Below, piece by piece: positions 19,676 to 30,511 of a stretch of 64,000 nucleotides of DNA. Origin of the DNA: Promethearchaeota archaeon (lineage in GTDB: Archaea; Asgardarchaeota; Lokiarchaeia; Sigyniarchaeales; SOKP01); the NCBI GenBank assembly GCA_019057865.1, contig JAHLWP010000001.1:178668-242667 (forward strand), given 5' to 3'. The notes beneath the pieces are model-generated. The model saw nothing but the letters and a program-made list of their open reading frames with translations. It made no database searches and was not told the origin of the DNA. Made by a program: the position numbers and the translations under genes. Each line of letters starts with the position of its first letter. Position 1 is the first letter of the stretch.

Positions 19676-19764
19676 AAACATTCAGGAAATAATTCAAAAT
19701 ACTTTTTATTTCATAGATATTTATATTTTGTATAGTAAAAATTAGATATCTATTGAATTAGCAA

Positions 19765-20853
19765 ATGTGGGTTATAGCTCCACTAGCGGGCATAGGAAAA
19801 AGATTACAACCGTTCACATATTCGAAGCCTAAAGCATTTATAAAGATAGCAGGAAAGAGGTTAATTGACCATATTCTAATAAAGCTAAAAAAAACTTTTC
19901 CGAAAAATACTAATCTGTGTTTTGTAGTAGGTTATAAGAAAAGGCAAATATCTGAATATTTAACTAAAAATTATTCAGATTATTTTAATTTACAATTAAT
20001 CGTGCAGAAACCAATTGGTTATGAAGCTGATACTCCATTTTTCAGTGGACTTGGTGATGCAATATTATTAACTAAAAAATTTGCTGAAAATGATGATTGT
20101 TTCATTTTACTAAGTGATAGACTCCCTTTAGAAGATTATTCGCAGATTCTCTTGAAGTTCCATCAGAATATTTGCGATGGTGTAATGAATGTTAAGCAAG
20201 TTGAAAATCCTCAATTTTATGGAGTAATTGAACTAAATGATGAAGGTTATATCACTACTATTGTTGAGAAGCCTAAAGAGCCTAAAACTAACTATGCTGT
20301 CTCTGGAGCCTATTTATTTGGAATGAGTATAACACCCCGTTTATTTGAATTATTGGAGGAGCAAAGTAAAATTAAATTAGAAAATGGACAGGAGCATCAT
20401 TTGACTCCTGTCATTCAAAAACTCATAGATGAGGGCTTTAAACTAAAAATTAATGAGATGAAGGAAGAAATTTTAGATTTTGGAAGACCTGAAAGCTTAA
20501 TTGAAGGCAATAGATATTTGTTAGCAGAAATAAAATTAGAGGATCCTTCTTATGAAAATTTGTTCCAATCAGGCAATATAATCGATTCCAAAATCGTTCC
20601 TCCAGTATTTATAGGAAAAAACACACATATTTCAGATTCTGTTATTGGTCCAAATGTATCCATTGGAGATGATGTAGTTATTGAAAAGTGCATTATCTCT
20701 GAGTCTGTTATTGGAGACGGCGTAAATTTAAAAAAAATTATCACTTCACGATCAATAATCGGGGATTATTCGATACTAGAAGATTTAATTAAAAAAAGTA
20801 TTATTATAGGAGATTCCTCATATATAGCTACATCTAATATGAAATCATTTTAG
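19765..20853 (+). CDS. Sugar-1-phosphate nucleotidyltransferase with hexapeptide-repeat C-terminus
   Basis: LAGIGKRLQPFTYSKPK, GLGDA, VEKPKEP, DFGRPE; left-handed beta-helix tail. Confidence 0.9.
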   Translation: MWVIAPLAGIGKRLQPFTYSKPKAFIKIAGKRLIDHILIKLKKTFPKNTNLCFVVGYKKRQISEYLTKNYSDYFNLQLIVQKPIGYEADTPFFSGLGDAILLTKKFAENDDCFILLSDRLPLEDYSQILLKFHQNICDGVMNVKQVENPQFYGVIELNDEGYITTIVEKPKEPKTNYAVSGAYLFGMSITPRLFELLEEQSKIKLENGQEHHLTPVIQKLIDEGFKLKINEMKEEILDFGRPESLIEGNRYLLAEIKLEDPSYENLFQSGNIIDSKIVPPVFIGKNTHISDSVIGPNVSIGDDVVIEKCIISESVIGDGVNLKKIITSRSIIGDYSILEDLIKKSIIIGDSSYIATSNMKSF

Positions 20854-20886
20854 TTTTTGAAATTATTAAAAAAAAAATTTGAATAT

Positions 20887-22314
20887 TTAATCGAATTCTG
20901 GTCTTTTATCTTGCCAAGGAGCAATTTCTTCAAAGGCTTTGGATACCTGAAGAACAGCAAGATCATCAAATTTACTTCCGACAATCTGCATTCCGATGGG
21001 TAGTCCATCACTAGACCACCCACATGGAATAGAAGCAGCGGGATTTCCAGTCATATTAAATACTGATACAAGAGGAGCCCATGCTGTGGGTGATACCATT
21101 TTTCCATTAATTTGAGTGGGAAAAAGAATTCCTAATTCAAATGCTGGCAAACCAGTTGTAGGTGTTAATAAAATATCATATTTTTTAAAATACTGATAAA
21201 ATTTGTCATATATGATTTTACGACGAGCCATTGATCTTGTAAAATCCATTACAGTAGCACTTACTCCTGCTTCAACAGCTTTAACAAGGCCTGGATGCAT
21301 TTTTTCTCTCGAATCTCTCAATTTAGCCATTAAATCATAACCAAATAAGATAGAATGATATGTTAAAAGAATTCTTTCAGGGTTTCTAATCTTAAATTTT
21401 GCGGGTTCAATTGTCCATCCAAATTCCTCAAATTTTTGAACAGAATTCAGGAAATTTTCTTTAACATCTGAATCAATTACTTTTGCAAATCCTAAATCAA
21501 GTGAAAAACCTATCTTTAAGTTCTTAGGTTTTTCATCAAGTTTTTCCAAATAATTAATATTTTGTTCTGGCAAGGAATACATGTCACCGTAATGTGGTCC
21601 TTTTATGGCATCCAACATTAATGCAGCATCCTTTACATATCTTACAATCGGACCATAATGAATTAATGATTCAAAGTGCATTCCTGATGTTGGATATACT
21701 GGAACTCTTCCGAAACTCGGTTTAATACCATAAATTCCGCACAAACTAGCAGGAACTCGAATTGAACCTCCACCGTCAGCTCCCAAAGCTAAATATCCTA
21801 AACCAGAAGCTATGGCTGCTCCCGCACCACCGCTTGATCCTCCTGAAGTTCTTTCTAAATTCCATGGATTACGAGTTTCTCCAAAGATTAAATTATCAGT
21901 AATATGTAAAAATCCAAATGGGCTCATGTTTGTTTTTCCTAAAAGGACAATTCCTGCATCTTTTAATCTTTCTACAGATGCATCATCTTCATCGGGTATG
22001 TTGTTTTCATATAATTTTGATCCGAAAGTTGTTCTTATTCCTTTAATTGGCATTTCATCTTTTATGCTAGTTGGGATTCCATGTAATAATCCTAATTTCT
22101 CATCTTTTTTAACAGCATCATCTGCTTTCTTTGCCATTTCTCTAGCTAGATCAAAAGTAGGGGTGCAGTAAGCGTTAATTATAGGATTTATCTTTTCAAT
22201 TCTTTCAATTATAACTTCAGTAATCTCTTGAGAAGTAAGTTCTTGAGTTTTTATTTTCTCTCTCATTTCATAAGCAGGCAAAAAACATATTTCTTCCTTA
22301 TTCATTTTTACCAT
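20887..22314 (-). CDS. Amidase signature family enzyme (paralog 1)
   Basis: SIKD, GKTN, GGSSGG, DGGGSIR (Ser-cisSer-Lys triad). Confidence 0.93.
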   Translation of the reverse strand: MVKMNKEEICFLPAYEMREKIKTQELTSQEITEVIIERIEKINPIINAYCTPTFDLAREMAKKADDAVKKDEKLGLLHGIPTSIKDEMPIKGIRTTFGSKLYENNIPDEDDASVERLKDAGIVLLGKTNMSPFGFLHITDNLIFGETRNPWNLERTSGGSSGGAGAAIASGLGYLALGADGGGSIRVPASLCGIYGIKPSFGRVPVYPTSGMHFESLIHYGPIVRYVKDAALMLDAIKGPHYGDMYSLPEQNINYLEKLDEKPKNLKIGFSLDLGFAKVIDSDVKENFLNSVQKFEEFGWTIEPAKFKIRNPERILLTYHSILFGYDLMAKLRDSREKMHPGLVKAVEAGVSATVMDFTRSMARRKIIYDKFYQYFKKYDILLTPTTGLPAFELGILFPTQINGKMVSPTAWAPLVSVFNMTGNPAASIPCGWSSDGLPIGMQIVGSKFDDLAVLQVSKAFEEIAPWQDKRPEFD

Positions 22315-22399
22315 TGATTTTCATTTGTTTTAATAAATTAAAATTTGATAATATTTAATATAAACGATTTTATATTTGGATAGAAATACAAACTCGATA

Positions 22400-23830
22400 T
22401 TAATTGAAGACTGGTTTTTTCCCTTGCCATGGGGTAATTTCTTCAAATGCTTTGGATACTTGTAGAATTAATAATTCTTCAAATCTTTTACCAACAATTT
22501 GTAAGCCAATTGGAAGATTGTCTTTTGTCCATCCGCAGGGAATAGAAGCCGCAGGGTGTCCCGTAAAATTAAAGGGAAATGTAAATGGTTGCCAACCTGT
22601 GGGACCTACATCTATTCCGTTTATTTTTGAAGGAGCAGCAATCCCTAATTCGAAAGCAGGAACTGCTGTTGTTGGAGTAATTAGTATATCATAATTTCTA
22701 AATGATTCAAATATAGCGTGATAAAATTCATTACGAGTTTTCATAGCGTGTGGTAAACTTGAAGCTGGGAATCCTAATCCCGCTTCAACCCACGTAACTA
22801 AAGTAGGATCTAGTTTTTCTCTCCATTCCTTTAAATAGGGTTCTAATTCATATCCAAAAGTTACAAGCCAGAATGTGCTAAAAGCTACTGATGGATCTAC
22901 CCCTTTAAATTTTACTTCTTCTACTTTCCACCCAAAAGATTCAAAATTATAAACTGACTTAATTACTACTTTTTCAACTTCACTGTCAATGACTTTTGCG
23001 TACCCTAAATCTAAACTATAGCCAATTTTTAAATTTTCTGGCTTTTCATTTATGTGATCAAGATACTTAAGATTATCCTCTGGTAAAGAAAATCTATCAC
23101 CCTCAAATGGTCCCTTCATAACATCTAACATTAATGCTGCATCTGAAACATATCTTACAATAGGGCCAATAACAGCCAGAGTTTGAGCTGTAATGAATTC
23201 TCTTGGATGAATAGGAACCCTACCAAAGCTAGGTTTAAGCCCATAAGCTCCACAAAAACAAGCAGGATGTCGAATAGATCCTCCTCCATCTGAGCCTTGA
23301 GCTAGAGGACCCATTCCACATACAACTGATGCTGCTGCTCCTCCACTAGAACCTCCAGATGTCTTCTCAAGATTCCATGGGTTTGGAGTAGCTCCAAATA
23401 TTAAATTATCAGTAGCTCCTTTAAATCCGAATTCGGGAGTATTAGTTTTTCCTAAGATTACACAACCAGCATCTTTTAAGCGTTTTACAACAATAGCATC
23501 TTCATGTGGAACATAGTTTTCAAAGATTTTTGAACCAAAGGTGGTTCTCACTCCTTTAACTGGTACTAAATCTTTTATGGAAGTTGGAATACCATTTAAA
23601 AGGGGATTTTCTTTTTCTTCCTTTTTTACTCTTTTATCAGCTTTTTTTGCCATTTCTCTTGCTAATTCGAAAGTTGGCGTGCAATAAGCATTAATTATAG
23701 GATTAATTTTTTCAATTCTTTCAATAATAATTTCAGTAATCTCTTGAGAAGTAAGTTCTTGAGTTCTTATTTTTTCTCTCATTTCCGATGCGGACATAAA
23801 GCAAATATCTTCTTTATTCATTTTCATCAT
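22400..23830 (-). CDS. Amidase signature family enzyme (paralog 2)
   Basis: SIKD, GKTNTPEFG, GGSSGG, DGGGSIR. The N-terminus is near-identical to paralog 1. Confidence 0.93.
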   Translation of the reverse strand: MMKMNKEDICFMSASEMREKIRTQELTSQEITEIIIERIEKINPIINAYCTPTFELAREMAKKADKRVKKEEKENPLLNGIPTSIKDLVPVKGVRTTFGSKIFENYVPHEDAIVVKRLKDAGCVILGKTNTPEFGFKGATDNLIFGATPNPWNLEKTSGGSSGGAAASVVCGMGPLAQGSDGGGSIRHPACFCGAYGLKPSFGRVPIHPREFITAQTLAVIGPIVRYVSDAALMLDVMKGPFEGDRFSLPEDNLKYLDHINEKPENLKIGYSLDLGYAKVIDSEVEKVVIKSVYNFESFGWKVEEVKFKGVDPSVAFSTFWLVTFGYELEPYLKEWREKLDPTLVTWVEAGLGFPASSLPHAMKTRNEFYHAIFESFRNYDILITPTTAVPAFELGIAAPSKINGIDVGPTGWQPFTFPFNFTGHPAASIPCGWTKDNLPIGLQIVGKRFEELLILQVSKAFEEITPWQGKKPVFN

Positions 23831-23961
23831 CAGTTTAAAATACTATTATTAAATAATTTTTGATGTAAAATAATATAAAATTACTCATTTTAGTTTTAAA
23901 TATGATTTAAAATTCTAAAAACTTCTCAGAATAAGAACCTATAATTTTTCTTTTTCTTATC

Positions 23962-24369
23962 TTAAAATTTAAAATCTTTTTGCCATTTCTTATATCCCAG
24001 CTTAAAAAGTTTTAATCTGGGTTTATTTACTTTATTATCCAACTGTGTTTTAGAACGTGGATTGTACATTATTTCGCGATAGCGAGTATAATATTCATCT
24101 GCGCTTGGATTTCCATAAATCAATTTTAAAATTGCTTTTTCAGTAAAATAAAGAATTAAATCAGGTTTAATACCGGGATTTTCTTTGGTTATCTCTAAAA
24201 TATTCTCTTTTTTTTTATATAAGAAGTAATGCAGTTTGAAAAATTCTTCATCTGTAGAATTTTCAGTAATATAATATTCCCAACAAGCGTTTATATTTAA
24301 ATATCTCATTAAATCCAAATTATTTGGAAAATAAGTTTTTAATTTCTTATATAATTCTTCTGCATCCAT
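23962..24369 (-). CDS. Small SCP2-like (sterol/lipid carrier fold) protein, paralog of 25944-26414
   Basis: PDLILYFTEKAILKLI and LFKLGYKKW pattern. The fold assignment is inferred. Confidence 0.45.
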   Translation of the reverse strand: MDAEELYKKLKTYFPNNLDLMRYLNINACWEYYITENSTDEEFFKLHYFLYKKKENILEITKENPGIKPDLILYFTEKAILKLIYGNPSADEYYTRYREIMYNPRSKTQLDNKVNKPRLKLFKLGYKKWQKDFKF

Positions 24370-24381
24370 CGCGCAATCTAA

Positions 24382-25875
24382 TTATTTTATTTTCTCTAAA
24401 TTCAACGGAGTACCATCATAAATATATTTCCCATAAACCAATTCCTGGGGATAATATTTGCAACCTGCTGGATAAGCAGAATCTTTAATTCCACCAAGTG
24501 AAACCGTAATATCAACAAGCATGGGTCTAGCATTTATATAAATATTCGCAGCTTCTAATTCGTTCTTAAAAATCTCAATGTTATTCAGATTAGATGTATA
24601 AACAACTGCCCTCATACCATAATTACTAGCATTTGCTAACCTTATTGCATCTCTCATATCGTCAGCTTTAGTAATAGAACGAACTGGTCCAAAAGCCTCT
24701 TCTTTCCATAAGAATGGAGCTTTAGTTAGATCCTCACATAATTCGGGTTTTATTTCTACTAAAGTAGGCTTGTAAAATAACCCATAATCTTCACCAGTGT
24801 CGATCTTTTCTGCACCCGTGAAAATTTTAGCACCAAATTTCTTTGCATCTGCTACCATCACCTCCATCATCATCAGGATTCTCCTACTTCCCAGTGGACC
24901 AATATCTGTATCCGGATCAGTGGGATCTCCGTACTTTAAGTTTTCAATTTCTTTCACAAGACATTCTATATATTGGTCGTATATATCTTTGTGGACTATA
25001 ATTCGCTTCATCGAGAAGCATTGTTGTCCAGAATTAGTATAACTTGCCATTACATTCCATTTAGCCACTCGTTCTAAATTTACGTCATCCATGACTATTC
25101 CTGCATCATTTCCAGCACATTCGAAAAAGAATTGTTTAAATGGCTGAGTATACATAGGAAATCCCATTGATTTATCAACAGTTTTTTTCAGGAATCTACC
25201 ATAACGTACTAAGATATCCTTTGCTGTATGAGACGCTGTAATCGTCATCAAAGTCTTGACCAATGGAGATTTAAGAAATTCATCTACTGCCCATTCTCCA
25301 GGAGCTATAACTATATCTAAGGCTCCAAGACCAGGTAAATCCATTTCTTCCATTATTGAATAAGCTTCTAACATAGTTAATGGACAGGCTGTAGACGGTT
25401 TAACGATGGCTCCATTACCAACTAAATAATTCGCACCCAATTGATAAAGAGGTAGACTTATAGGAGTATTACGAGGAGAAATGCATACTGCTAAACCATG
25501 AGGGAGATATCTTATTTTAACTAATTGTTCTCCTTCTATGCTTGTTAAAGATTTTTCTTCTACGAATTGATAATACCAATCACAAAATTTGAAACCATTC
25601 ATTACAATATTCAATTCCCATTCAGAATATTTGATTGGCAATCCACCTTCTGCAACTACCAAATCCTTCAATTTGGATTTTTTAAAACGCAATTTAGTAG
25701 CAAATTTAGAAAGAAGTTGAGCTCGTTCAAAAAAATCCATTTCTTTTAATAAATGTTGATTTTTATGTACTTTCTTAATTTTTGCATTAATTGTTTCTGG
25801 TGTGTCAGCAGGAATAGTTCCTATAAGTTCACCAGTGTATTTATTTTTTATTTCCAATTCTTGAACTTTTATCAT
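24382..25875 (-). CDS. Aldehyde dehydrogenase family protein (divergent)
   Basis: ISPRNTP, VKPS, ECAGND, NSGQQC (catalytic Cys), EEAFGPV, ANASNYGM. Confidence 0.9.
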   Translation of the reverse strand: MIKVQELEIKNKYTGELIGTIPADTPETINAKIKKVHKNQHLLKEMDFFERAQLLSKFATKLRFKKSKLKDLVVAEGGLPIKYSEWELNIVMNGFKFCDWYYQFVEEKSLTSIEGEQLVKIRYLPHGLAVCISPRNTPISLPLYQLGANYLVGNGAIVKPSTACPLTMLEAYSIMEEMDLPGLGALDIVIAPGEWAVDEFLKSPLVKTLMTITASHTAKDILVRYGRFLKKTVDKSMGFPMYTQPFKQFFFECAGNDAGIVMDDVNLERVAKWNVMASYTNSGQQCFSMKRIIVHKDIYDQYIECLVKEIENLKYGDPTDPDTDIGPLGSRRILMMMEVMVADAKKFGAKIFTGAEKIDTGEDYGLFYKPTLVEIKPELCEDLTKAPFLWKEEAFGPVRSITKADDMRDAIRLANASNYGMRAVVYTSNLNNIEIFKNELEAANIYINARPMLVDITVSLGGIKDSAYPAGCKYYPQELVYGKYIYDGTPLNLEKIK

Positions 25876-25943
25876 AAATTTAATTACCCTTATATATTTT
25901 AAAGTTATTTCTAATATTTATTTAAAAAAAAAATTTAAATACT

Positions 25944-26414
25944 CTAAATATCGTCATCATCTTTGAGGATACCAGCAGTCTGGGCAAATTTTCCATAGCC
26001 CATATTAATTAAAGTTTGTGTTCTTTTATGCAATACAAAATCAATCCAGCCTTTTTCTTCATCTGGATTATCATAAAATAATCCCAAAAGTTGTGCATAA
26101 TCTACTTTCGTTTTTGTTTGGATTAATTTTTTAACTGCATCCACCGAGAGTGCTAGTTCCAAATCCGAATCGACTGCTCTTCCTGGTTTTATTTCAATTC
26201 CATTTCCATTTCTATACACATTAAAGATATCAACTGGAGATTCTTTATCATATGTTTCAATTGAATCATAAAGCGCAAAATCAAAGTTTGAACCGTTTAT
26301 TAAATCCGAGAAAATCTCAGGATATTGTGCCAGAAATTTGGTGTATTTTCTGGCTATTTCTGTCTTATATACTTTTTTATCTATAATTTGACTTGTTAAT
26401 TCTTCTTGTGTCAT
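25944..26414 (-). CDS. Small SCP2-like protein, paralog of 23962-24369
   Basis: SDLELALSVDAVKKLI and LINMGYGKF pattern. The fold assignment is inferred. Confidence 0.45.
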   Translation of the reverse strand: MTQEELTSQIIDKKVYKTEIARKYTKFLAQYPEIFSDLINGSNFDFALYDSIETYDKESPVDIFNVYRNGNGIEIKPGRAVDSDLELALSVDAVKKLIQTKTKVDYAQLLGLFYDNPDEEKGWIDFVLHKRTQTLINMGYGKFAQTAGILKDDDDI

Positions 26415-26415
26415 T

Positions 26416-27447
26416 TTAACACATCCGTATTCCTATTTTTTTTTTATTTTTACCATTAAGTTTAATAAAATTCTTATACCATTCAACAGTTTTCATCAAA
26501 CCCTCTCTAATAGGTGTGATTTCATATCCTAATTTTTCAATAGCACTTTTAGAAGAAAACGCCCAATTATATTTCATTCCTATAATCATAGCAGGAGTGA
26601 TATAAGGAATTCTTTTTTTTGAGAGTCTTGCTTTAAATTTACATAACCGCCCATACAGAACACCCGCCCACATTGGAAGTTTTCTAGGTTTTTTAACTTC
26701 ACCTAATTCAGCTATTAAATTAAGATAATCTCTAATTTTAATATCTTCACCACCTAAAACAAAACCCTGACCGAATAAATCCTCTCTATCAATTACACTA
26801 ACCATTCCATCAATAACATCATCTAAATAAGACATACAAAAAACTGATTCTCCTTTTCCAGGAAGACCTATAAATTGCCCTGCTAAGATATCGAATATCA
26901 TCTCACCATAAATATTGAAATCTCCTGGACCATACACAAATCCAGGATAAAATATTATTGTTTTAAGACCTTTTTCTATATATTCTTTTATTTTTTCACG
27001 TCCTAGATATTTAGTCCTTTCATATTCATTAATAAAGAAATCCACATGAGGAAAGGATTCATCAGTAGGTTCTGTACTTTCTTTTGGATTTGGTCCAAGA
27101 GCTACAAAAGAACTCATATAAAAAAGCGTTATATTGTTCTCTAGAGCAATTTTAGCGATATTTTCAGCGCCCTGAACATTTATGTCGTAAAAACTGTTTT
27201 TATCTTTTGCCCAAATTATGACTTGCCCCGCTAGATGGTAAATTAAATCGACTCCTACAATATTAGATAAACTCTGAATATCTCTAACATCACCGACGGA
27301 ATATTCAATATTAGCTAAATCATTAAATGGAGTTATGTCACTTGTTTCCCTTATCAGTAACTTTAAATTATGACCTAGCTCATTCAATTTCTTTACTAAT
27401 GGGACACCAATAAATCCAGTACCGCCGGTAACTAAAATGTTAGCCAT
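26416..27447 (-). CDS. Extended SDR / NAD-dependent epimerase-dehydratase (HpnA/3-beta-HSD-like)
   Basis: TGGTGFIG, HLAG, MSS, YERTK (YxxxK), PGFVYGPGD. Confidence 0.9.
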   Translation of the reverse strand: MANILVTGGTGFIGVPLVKKLNELGHNLKLLIRETSDITPFNDLANIEYSVGDVRDIQSLSNIVGVDLIYHLAGQVIIWAKDKNSFYDINVQGAENIAKIALENNITLFYMSSFVALGPNPKESTEPTDESFPHVDFFINEYERTKYLGREKIKEYIEKGLKTIIFYPGFVYGPGDFNIYGEMIFDILAGQFIGLPGKGESVFCMSYLDDVIDGMVSVIDREDLFGQGFVLGGEDIKIRDYLNLIAELGEVKKPRKLPMWAGVLYGRLCKFKARLSKKRIPYITPAMIIGMKYNWAFSSKSAIEKLGYEITPIREGLMKTVEWYKNFIKLNGKNKKKIGIRMC

Positions 27448-27656
27448 TACTAAAATTCCTAAATATCAAAAATTAGTGTTTAAATATTTGATAGGTATCT
27501 ACCGGTCTTTTTTAAATATTTCATACTAATAACATTTGTAATGGTTAAAAGTTTGAAAAATAGGAAATTAAAATAATCTCAGTTGTAATGATTTATTTCT
27601 TTTTAAACATATTAGTATTATACTTAGATTTTAATTTTAAGGGTGCATAATAATCA

Positions 27657-28250
27657 ATGAATGATATTGGTAAAAGTATAAAAAAGTTTAGTGCATCCAC
27701 TATGCCTAAGAAAGATTCTTCATATATTACCTCTCAATTGGAATTACCCTTCTTAGAGACTTCACCAGATCTTTTAGAAGAAATATTTCATACCCTTAGG
27801 GATAAATTTGGTTTATATAAGAACTCGAATCAAAAGCTAATTGATTTAGGAGCTGGGAATGGCACTGTCATTATATATTCTGCCTTAAATTATAATATAG
27901 AATCTTTTGGAATTGAAATCAATCCAAATTTAATAGAAGAAACGAAAAAAAGGATTAGAATATTAAAAACAAAACATAATCATAAAAGAAGTATAATAAA
28001 AAACATTAAAATAGAATTAGGAGATTTTTATCAAAAAAACCTAAAAAAATTTGACTTTATATATATATATTCCTTTCCTACAATGCAAAAATTCTTAAAA
28101 CATGTGTTTTTTACAGCAAAAAAGGGCGCAATTATTATTTCACACAAATATCCTTTGAATGGTTTAAATTCATATTTAAAGCTTGATTATGAATTAAAAC
28201 AAAAGAAGGGAAATAAAGAATGTTCCACCTATTTTTATTCTAAACTTTAA
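27657..28250 (+). CDS. Class I SAM-dependent methyltransferase (FAM173/DOT1-like, possible protein-lysine MTase)
   Basis: LPFLET, IDLGAGNG, GIEIN, GDFY, FIYIY, GAIIISHKYP. Confidence 0.8.
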   Translation: MNDIGKSIKKFSASTMPKKDSSYITSQLELPFLETSPDLLEEIFHTLRDKFGLYKNSNQKLIDLGAGNGTVIIYSALNYNIESFGIEINPNLIEETKKRIRILKTKHNHKRSIIKNIKIELGDFYQKNLKKFDFIYIYSFPTMQKFLKHVFFTAKKGAIIISHKYPLNGLNSYLKLDYELKQKKGNKECSTYFYSKL

Positions 28251-28364
28251 ATATTTTTTCCATTGTCGCTAAAAAATATAATTATAAATAAAGTGATAAT
28301 AAATAATTATATACTTCTATTATTGAATAATTAATTAATTATAAAAAATGGTGTAAATTTAGAA

Positions 28365-29078
28365 ATGGCTATTTCTGCAGAGGGATTGCTAGATGGGATG
28401 ACTTCTGCTGGTATTGTCCTATCAGCAACTATTTTCGGGTTATTTTCTTTATATAAAGCCATAAAACTAAAAGCGAAGCTTCTTGGAGTTGCTGCTCTTA
28501 CTATGTTTTTTGTGGGTCTTTTATGGTTAGGACCTTTCACTGACATGATATCTTTGCTTATAAGAGAAAAGAATATAGGACATCCTCCTCATTATGAAAT
28601 TTATGCAATCTTAAGCTATATATGGGTTGCTCCGACTCTTGTCTTCGCAATGTTTTTAGGAGGCGAGTTAATTTGGCCAAAAGGCAAATGGATACTTGTA
28701 GGCATTTACATAGCTTTAAGTGTTGTCTTTGAGATGTTCCTTTGGTTTAATACAAATCATTCATTTGAAGAACTTGCTCCTGAAATTCCAGGTGAAACTA
28801 TAATAGCTGCGAGTTTTGATCGTACCCATCCAACATTTATGTTAGTTGCTATATTTTTAGTTTCAGCACTAGTATTCTTAGGAATTGGATTTTTAATTAA
28901 AGCAAAACAAGCAACTGGAGATTTGAGAAGGAAATTCCTGTATCTATCAATTGGTTTTATTATTTTTGTGTTGGCAGGAGCTTCAGATTCTTTAATCGAA
29001 CCTGGTGCCCTTTTATGGATTATTAGAGGTGTTATGATGACTTTCGCCATATGGTTGTATCTGGGGTTAAAGACTTAA
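28365..29078 (+). CDS. Stand-alone 7-TM membrane protein
   Basis: Seven hydrophobic segments counted by eye; no soluble output domain. Confidence 0.7.
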   Translation: MAISAEGLLDGMTSAGIVLSATIFGLFSLYKAIKLKAKLLGVAALTMFFVGLLWLGPFTDMISLLIREKNIGHPPHYEIYAILSYIWVAPTLVFAMFLGGELIWPKGKWILVGIYIALSVVFEMFLWFNTNHSFEELAPEIPGETIIAASFDRTHPTFMLVAIFLVSALVFLGIGFLIKAKQATGDLRRKFLYLSIGFIIFVLAGASDSLIEPGALLWIIRGVMMTFAIWLYLGLKT

Positions 29079-29158
29079 TTTTTTTTTTTTTTCTTTAGTT
29101 TTCCTCTCTGGTAACTTTAAATCTGTTAAGCAAATTAAATAGAAATTTGCATCTTGTG

Positions 29159-29790
29159 CTATTTTTCATTAATTTTAATCAGCATATCTTTTAAAAATAA
29201 TTTCATAAAGTATCTCTGACTATTACAAAACTCTAATTTTTGATTGTTAGTTAAATTAGAGCAATTAGATAAGATAGAATGAATATCATGTGAAATAATA
29301 AGATATTCATCTTTAGGATCATGAGATTTGCGTTCTAAACTATTACTCTCTTGGGAGTAATTTTTATTGGAAAAAGTTTCATTAAAATTATGATTAATTT
29401 CTATTGGATATTTGTTTTCGTAAGCAATTAAAGATGAAATTATTAAATCCGAAATTGCATAAAAATTGTCATTTGAATCCTTTTGCTTCAATAACTCCGA
29501 GACCAGTCCAGAAATTAGGTTAAAAGTAGGATTTTGAAATTTTGGTTTATCTAAACTATTTGATTCTTCAAAACTTATTTTACTTCCGAAGATTTGGTTA
29601 GATAATTCTTTGCTAGCAAATCCTTTAGAAATTATGTATCCACCCGGAGAAATTTCAATTTGATTTTAGTAAGATTTACTAACTATTTAAAAAAAAAGCC
29701 TCTGCGAATTTATTAGAAATATTAGTTGTTCCACATTTAAGGAAAAATTGCACAAAAAACTTCAGATAATCATTTTATTGGGAATAAGGA
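29159..29790 (-). pseudogene. Decayed hypothetical gene
   Basis: The frame of ORF 29159-29491 stays open upstream to 29665 with no ATG. It is then broken by TAA at 29666-29668 and by a frame change at the A-run near 29690. The 5' limit is approximate. Confidence 0.5.
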
Positions 29791-29935
29791 AAAAAGTTTC
29801 AGCTAGTTAATTTCAAATGAGAATTTAGAGTTTAATTTTAAAAATTTAATTTTTTTTATTCTTTTTAAATATGTTTAATAGAACTAAGTTTCGTAGCGAA
29901 TAATAAAAAAAAATTTATTAAAATTAATAAAAAAT

Positions 29936-30511
29936 TTATAGGTTTGAACCGCAATTTGGGCAAAAATTTGCTTTTACTTCTAACTTATGACCACAATAAA
30001 CACAGTAGTTCTTACCTTCTGTTTGTAAGGGAGCTTCTAATTTCTTTTCTGGGGGAGAATATTCTTTTGATTGGGTATATGAAATTCCTTTTCCTAAAAT
30101 TATTTCTCCCGTATCAGGACTAAAACTGTATTGGACTACACCACGATTTCGTAAATCTAATAAAACCCTAAGCAAATCTTTTGGTCTCATTCCTATCTCT
30201 AGTGCAATGTGTTCAAGTTTATGAGTTCCTTGAAAATTTCTTTGGATTAAAGCATTTTTAACTACTTGCTTATATTTATAGTTAGTATAAAGTTGGTTAA
30301 ATCCACCAATGAAAATAAAGAAGCTAGGGATAAATAACCAGAATCCCCACGCAGAAAGCCCTATAAATTCAATTTCAAAAGCTCTAAGAAATAATGATAA
30401 GACAGCAACAAAGAGAAACACTATTGCAACAGCAAAGGTCCCAATAGCAGCCTCGTATTTTTCCTTATAGTAATAACGATGTTTATATTTATCACTTGAC
30501 ACTTTTGTCAA
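29936..30511 (-). CDS. 2-TM membrane protein with wHTH/PCI-like domain and C-terminal zinc ribbon
   Basis: Two TM helices; KLEHIALEIGMRPKDLLRVLLDLRNRG helix-turn-helix; CVYCG...CPNCG. Confidence 0.7.
   Translation of the reverse strand: MTKVSSDKYKHRYYYKEKYEAAIGTFAVAIVFLFVAVLSLFLRAFEIEFIGLSAWGFWLFIPSFFIFIGGFNQLYTNYKYKQVVKNALIQRNFQGTHKLEHIALEIGMRPKDLLRVLLDLRNRGVVQYSFSPDTGEIILGKGISYTQSKEYSPPEKKLEAPLQTEGKNYCVYCGHKLEVKANFCPNCGSNL

Noticed and set aside
20887-23830. Calling the amidases gatA
   Set aside because: They are tandem paralogs with no gatB/gatC nearby, and DGGGSIR rather than the GatA-typical DTGGSIR.
28365-29078. Rhodopsin (helio- or schizorhodopsin)
   Set aside because: There is no retinal-binding Lys motif in the seventh helix.
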